Assembly: GCA_964433095.1 (NCBI GenBank)
Contig: CAYSPW010000002.1
Location: 9,498 to 73,497 of the forward strand
Direction of reading: 5' to 3'
DNA from: an uncultured Gammaproteobacteria bacterium
Lineage (GTDB): Bacteria > Patescibacteriota > Patescibacteriia > Magasanikbacterales > UBA922
Length of the DNA: 64,000 nt
Within the stretch, counting starts at the first letter, position 1, and every line of letters starts with the position of its first letter. Under the pieces are notes generated by a model. The model was not told where the DNA came from. It saw nothing but the letters and a program-made list of their open reading frames with translations, and made no database searches. Shown piece by piece: positions 59,427-64,000 of this stretch. The translations under genes and the position numbers were made by a program.

Positions 59427-60005
59427 CTATTTCCAGTAAAGCCCGTCCACTTTCCACTCTCCGTATTGTTTAATCAGATCAATTGTACCGGACAGATTTT
59501 CCACTTCCTGAGAATCCGCCGTTTCGGTAATTCTTTGCGCTTCCAGCTCCAATTCCGCCATGGTATCGGTTAAGGACAATACTCTGGAAGCGATGACCCG
59601 GGTAGTGACGCCGCGGTAATCGACCGACTGTTCCTCCCTTTGCGTATTCATCCACGCGGCCATTTTATCGGTAACCAAAGGCAGAGTATCTTCTACGTGT
59701 CGGTTGTCGTTTTGGTTGGAATATGTGCCGAAGCGCTCCACGAAAATTCTAGCCATTTGCTTGACATAAATATCTTCACTGTAGGGTTCGGTCCGCGTCT
59801 CGCTCGGCATTTGTCGGCCCATTTGTTCGCGCACGTCCCGGTCAATTTGTTCAACTTCTTGCTCGGCCGTTACCGGTTCGGCTTGCCGGTCGGTCTCAGG
59901 CGCCTGTTCGGATTTGAAAAAAAACATATACAGAAGCAAAACCGACAGCACTATACCCACGACAATGCCGACAACCATAAATATTCTTTTTCTAATATCC
60001 ATCAT
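59427..60005 (-). CDS. hypothetical membrane-anchored protein (single N-terminal TM, acidic periplasmic domain)
   Basis: ORF adjacent to VirB4-like gene; no family recognised. Confidence 0.4.
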   Translation of the reverse strand: MMDIRKRIFMVVGIVVGIVLSVLLLYMFFFKSEQAPETDRQAEPVTAEQEVEQIDRDVREQMGRQMPSETRTEPYSEDIYVKQMARIFVERFGTYSNQNDNRHVEDTLPLVTDKMAAWMNTQREEQSVDYRGVTTRVIASRVLSLTDTMAELELEAQRITETADSQEVENLSGTIDLIKQYGEWKVDGLYWK

Positions 60006-60016
60006 ATATTTTAAAA

Positions 60017-61894
60017 TTATGTTTCTTGTTTGCGCAACACTTCTTGTTCAAATTCTTTTTTCGCTTTTTCAATCTCCAGCAGCTGGCTCGGATCCGAGGT
60101 TATCAATTGGTCTTCGGTATACGAGGCCACCACTTTAATGGCCGCGTGCTTGAGGCCGGCGAAAAATATTCCTTCTCCGACAGCGCTTTCCAGCAGCAGA
60201 TACTTCTCTCCTTCGGTCAGCATGAATGTTTTTTGAATCATATCCACCGATGCCGGAGACTGGCGCAGCAATAGCTGCAGCGCCGAGTTGGTTACGATCG
60301 CCTGTCCATATTGCGAACGCAAAAAGTCATTCACGTCTTGCGTAATGGTGGTTACTCCCAAATAGTATTTTCTGGCCCTTTTTACCAAAGCATATATGAA
60401 CTTGGCCGAATCTTCATGCGTCATCAGCCACCAGGCCTCGTCAATCACCAGAATGCGTTTTTTACGCTCCGATCGGACCACGTTCCAGATATAGTTTATC
60501 AAATTATAAATAGCCATTGGGCGCAACTCGTCTTCCAGATCGCGCACGCTGAACACCACCAGCTGGTTTTGCATGTTGACGTTTGTCGGTGAATTAAACA
60601 AGCCGGCAAAGGTACCTTCGGTAAATTTTCTCAGCTTCAAGGCCAAATTTTCCGCTCCTTCCATGCCTTCCAAAATATCCAGCAAATCCTGCATGATCGG
60701 CGGATCAATCGCGGACAAATCCGACTCGGCCGTGATATCCTTTTTGGCGTAAGTTTCAAGCAGTGCCCGATCCATGATTGAATCTTCTTGCGGGGTGAGA
60801 GAACCGAACATAACCCTGATCAGCCCTTTCAGTGTAATGACCGCGCTACGGATGACGTCTTCGGTGGATATCTGCTGACCCACCGGCCGCGGCAGATCAA
60901 ACGGATTGACTTTGCTTTCCGAAGACAGGGAAATGTTTACATATGTCCCTCCCACCGCTTCGCTCAGATGCATATATTCCATTTCCGGATCTATTATTAT
61001 TATATCCACTCCAAACATCAATGAACGCAGCACTTCCAGCTTGACCGCGTACGATTTGCCCGCGCCCGAGGTGGCGAAAACCACCATGTTGGCGTTCTGC
61101 AAAGAAAAACGATCAAATATTATCAAGCTGTTGTTGTGCCGATTTATGCCGTAGAGTATGCCATCGTCGCTGGTTAGTTCAGACGATATAAAAGGAAAAG
61201 AAGAGGCAATGGGCGAGGAATTCATGTTAAAGGTGATCATCAGCTCGTCAATACCGACCGGCAAGGTGGAAGTGAACCCTTGTTCGGACTGATACAAAAC
61301 ATGCTTGGTGTAAATCAGCTTGGAGGAAAAAATATTTTCCACGTCTTCGGTAATCTTATCCAACTCTTCTTTGGATTTGGAATAAACCGTGACGTAAAAA
61401 GCGAATTGGAAAAAATGCTCTATGCCCTGGGTCAGATCGTCGCGCAGCTGCTCAATATCGCGCAAGGCTGTTTCGCGCAACGGGTCGCGCGGCGCTCCCT
61501 TTTCCGCGTCCGCGGTCAATTGAGCGGACAAAGCACCAACCTTCTTTTTTAATTGTTTTAATATTATACCCGCGGGAACCGGATAAAAGAACATGGAAAC
61601 GTCCATGGTAAAATTCAAATTTAAAATCGGAGAGCTCCAGCCGACCGCTATATACCGCGGAAAAGTGATCACGAAAATGGTGCGTAGATAAATATCTCCC
61701 AGCTGCACGAAATTGGATTCCACTCGGAAAGCGGACGGCGCGATCAAATCACGAATAGCTACCGTGCCTTCGCGGAAAACTCGCTCTTCTTCCAAAGTGA
61801 TTAACTGCTCCTTGGTTTTCTCCTCTTGTTCCTTGGCTTTTTTTTTGGATTTTTTTTCTTTCTTGTCTTCGGTTGTAATTGGTTTAAACGGCAT
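60017..61894 (-). CDS. VirB4/TraC/TrbE-family type IV secretion ATPase
   Basis: VirB4-like N-domain (IAPSAFRVESNFVQLGDIYLRT), Walker A FATSGAGKSYAV, Walker B region ILVIDEAWWLM. Confidence 0.8.
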   Translation of the reverse strand: MPFKPITTEDKKEKKSKKKAKEQEEKTKEQLITLEEERVFREGTVAIRDLIAPSAFRVESNFVQLGDIYLRTIFVITFPRYIAVGWSSPILNLNFTMDVSMFFYPVPAGIILKQLKKKVGALSAQLTADAEKGAPRDPLRETALRDIEQLRDDLTQGIEHFFQFAFYVTVYSKSKEELDKITEDVENIFSSKLIYTKHVLYQSEQGFTSTLPVGIDELMITFNMNSSPIASSFPFISSELTSDDGILYGINRHNNSLIIFDRFSLQNANMVVFATSGAGKSYAVKLEVLRSLMFGVDIIIIDPEMEYMHLSEAVGGTYVNISLSSESKVNPFDLPRPVGQQISTEDVIRSAVITLKGLIRVMFGSLTPQEDSIMDRALLETYAKKDITAESDLSAIDPPIMQDLLDILEGMEGAENLALKLRKFTEGTFAGLFNSPTNVNMQNQLVVFSVRDLEDELRPMAIYNLINYIWNVVRSERKKRILVIDEAWWLMTHEDSAKFIYALVKRARKYYLGVTTITQDVNDFLRSQYGQAIVTNSALQLLLRQSPASVDMIQKTFMLTEGEKYLLLESAVGEGIFFAGLKHAAIKVVASYTEDQLITSDPSQLLEIEKAKKEFEQEVLRKQET

Positions 61895-61906
61895 AAATAA
61901 CTTTTT

Positions 61907-62593
61907 TTAAATGTTTTCAACCTGCAACTCTTCTATCGGCTGCAAAGATTCGGCAAAAGATATATCCGGATTGTAAGTGGAATAATACAATTCTATCAAG
62001 GCTTGCGTGTCAAGTTGGACCACTGACAAACCCATCGTCTCCAAGCCGCTTATCACCTGTCTCACCCGCAGATCCAAATCATATTTCCTCTTTTTAAACT
62101 TTTCCTGCCTCAAGCGCAAAGTCAAAGCCGGTTTCAGCACTTCTTTGAACCTTGACCAAAAGCTTTTCTTTTTGTTGCTCAGCGGATCGTAGGGTACCAC
62201 CACGAAAAATTTTTTGGTCATGATTTGCCCGATTTCCACCATCTCTTCCACAAAAGCGCGATAGTCGGCAATCTGCACCCGCAGCAGCTCATTAGGCTGC
62301 TCTTTCTCCGCCCGCACCAACTTTTCCAAATACGGCTTGACGCGCAAACGCCGAGACTGCACCACTATTTGAAGCGGAAAATCAATGGAATTCAAAAAGC
62401 TGACATAAGAAGAAATCAAAGCATTCTGTTCATCCTCGGACTTGAGCGCGAAATTGATGCTGGAAGTAATCAATACCGCCCGTAAAGTGCCGTCTTTGAG
62501 CACCAAGACTCCTTCTTTGATTTCGGAAAAAGGCAGATAAGACTGGGTGGACGGCCGCTTTTGTTTTTTTGCTTTTTTCTTTTTATCCTTCAT
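61907..62593 (-). CDS. hypothetical protein, T4SS-associated by context
   Basis: 228-aa ORF between PrgI-like and VirB4-like genes; basic N-terminus. Confidence 0.4.
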   Translation of the reverse strand: MKDKKKKAKKQKRPSTQSYLPFSEIKEGVLVLKDGTLRAVLITSSINFALKSEDEQNALISSYVSFLNSIDFPLQIVVQSRRLRVKPYLEKLVRAEKEQPNELLRVQIADYRAFVEEMVEIGQIMTKKFFVVVPYDPLSNKKKSFWSRFKEVLKPALTLRLRQEKFKKRKYDLDLRVRQVISGLETMGLSVVQLDTQALIELYYSTYNPDISFAESLQPIEELQVENI

Positions 62594-62599
62594 AAAAAT

Positions 62600-63049
62600 T
62601 TATCTGTTACTTCTTTGAAAATTATTGGCGCCGGCATAATATCCGCCCGTATTTACGATCAGCGATAGATCCCTGATATGCGTGCGCCCGGCTCTTTTGC
62701 GTTCTTCCGCGCTCGGAGCGGCTTTCTCGGTGCCTGCTTCGCGCAGAAATTCAAGCTCTTTCTTGCTGTAGGTCTTGTACCAAATACGCAGACCGGGCTT
62801 GCGCAAAGTCTGTAAAATATTCAAAACCAGATAATGAAAAGGTTGCCCGCCAATCTTGACGAACGCGAACAAAATGGCGATTCCCAAAACAACCACCAGC
62901 ACACCGATAAAATATGAAAAATCCAAAAACCGGTAAGCCAAAAAGATAAAAACCCCGGCCACGAGCAAAATTAAAAATTGCCGGGTGGTAATCGGTCCGA
63001 ATATCTTATCCTCCACGTCAATAAATTGCGGCACCACGAACTGCTGCAT
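62600..63049 (-). CDS. PrgI/VirB3-like small membrane protein
   Basis: N-terminal FIDVEDKIFGPITTRQF motif followed by two TM helices, as in PrgI-family proteins. Confidence 0.55.
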   Translation of the reverse strand: MQQFVVPQFIDVEDKIFGPITTRQFLILLVAGVFIFLAYRFLDFSYFIGVLVVVLGIAILFAFVKIGGQPFHYLVLNILQTLRKPGLRIWYKTYSKKELEFLREAGTEKAAPSAEERKRAGRTHIRDLSLIVNTGGYYAGANNFQRSNR

Positions 63050-63051
63050 AG

Positions 63052-63960
63052 CTATAATTTCAACTTGTTATTAAGATCAATTAAAGCCAAAAACTCATTC
63101 ATTTTTAAATTCCTCTCTTTGCCTTCAGTCAAAATCTCGGCTATTTTACGATCACTCATCAAAGACGCCTTGATCACCGCTTGATAGCTGCGGTACAAAG
63201 GGTTGTCAAACCAGGCCTCAAGCGCGTCCAGATAGAGCAGATAGGACTCTTGCTTCAGCACGGTAAACTTGTCCATTACCATATCCGCGGCCACTTGGGG
63301 ATCTTTGGCCAAGCGCCTAAAATCGGTCAAAGAAAAGGTGGCCATCTCTTCCACCGGTCCCATGGCGCGGCTCTCGCTCTCCGGATCAACCACGTCCCGC
63401 ACCACCGGCTTCAATTCTCTGACATCCACGCGCGTGGGGGGAAAGCTTTTATCCGCTTGCGAAGTGTCCGGTTGAGGCACACGCGCGGATGATTCGGCCG
63501 CTTCCTCGGGCGGAGGTTCGACCGCCTCCGACTTCAGAGCGCGGATATCTTTGCCATGCCTTTGCATCACCGTGTGAATGGCGGCCAGCAATTCCCTGAC
63601 ATTATCTCGGCTCAAGTCCAAGCCGCCTTCGGATTGATGTTTTTGGGCGTATTCCAGCAGCTGATCATCGCCGCGCACTCCTTTGACCCGAGTGGTGATA
63701 AGCATATCAAGACGCCCCCGCAATTCCGGACTAACCTCAAATTCCAGCTCGGACGCGATCTCATCCACCATGTCGGCGTAGCTGTTGACCACGCCGCTTT
63801 CCGGTTCGGACGCTTTGACCGCCGGCCGCCGCTCCACTTGAGCTGAAGGCTTTTGTTCGGTTCGGGTCCGCGGTTTTTCCGCCTTGGGCAATTGTGTTTC
63901 AGCTTCGGATTTTCGCTCGGGTTGCGGCTTCATTGCCGCGGTCGACGGTTCCTGCTTCAC
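63052..63960 (-). CDS. hypothetical protein (P/E/K-rich N-terminus), T4SS-cluster context
   Basis: 302-aa ORF co-oriented and abutting PrgI-like gene. Confidence 0.35.
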   Translation of the reverse strand: MKQEPSTAAMKPQPERKSEAETQLPKAEKPRTRTEQKPSAQVERRPAVKASEPESGVVNSYADMVDEIASELEFEVSPELRGRLDMLITTRVKGVRGDDQLLEYAQKHQSEGGLDLSRDNVRELLAAIHTVMQRHGKDIRALKSEAVEPPPEEAAESSARVPQPDTSQADKSFPPTRVDVRELKPVVRDVVDPESESRAMGPVEEMATFSLTDFRRLAKDPQVAADMVMDKFTVLKQESYLLYLDALEAWFDNPLYRSYQAVIKASLMSDRKIAEILTEGKERNLKMNEFLALIDLNNKLKL

Positions 63961-64000
63961 GGCATTTTTTTGCTTGGCAGCTTTTTGCTTTTCAGGTGTT

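Noticed and set aside
1-64000. CRISPR arrays
   Set aside because: No regularly spaced direct repeats of 24-48 bp were seen anywhere in the window.

Overview
This window looks like an AT-rich, lysine-rich chromosome segment of a small-genome bacterium, likely Patescibacteria/CPR-like in style. It carries housekeeping genes: clpC, radA, recG, der, pth, dprA, topA, a short Rel/SpoT, parAB, scpAB, aspS, asnS, recO, ruvX, map, queA, mltG, rpmF, nusB, rnc and nine tRNAs. Near the 3' end are competence/T4SS-like genes (ComF, VirB4-like ATPase, PrgI/VirB3-like). The main anomaly is a ~12.85 kb GC-rich block at 12953..25803. Its right junction falls exactly at the 3' end of a tRNA-Arg gene. It is bracketed by a perfect 13-bp direct repeat (GCGTGGTGCACCC) and carries a large serine recombinase at the tRNA-proximal end, so it reads as an integrative island. 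Its cargo sits on one strand. It includes a protein fusing a Shedu/DUF4263-like PD-(D/E)xK nuclease motif to a HEIGH zinc-peptidase motif. It also includes an 843-aa protein with an N-terminal PD-(D/E)xK-like motif next to a 272-aa DarT/AbiGi-like protein. A 1483-aa secreted, cysteine-rich M23 peptidase with four tandem Cys modules completes the set. I consider this cargo a candidate uncharacterised defence/abortive-infection or antibacterial-effector module. Other points: a bifunctional M23 + lytic transglycosylase hydrolase with an esterase-like N domain, a small GC-rich three-ORF cassette between radA and recG, and a promoter/terminator-bracketed ~250-nt candidate ncRNA with tmRNA-like and SRP-like motifs. 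All calls are made by eye from the sequence and the ORF track. No searches were run.
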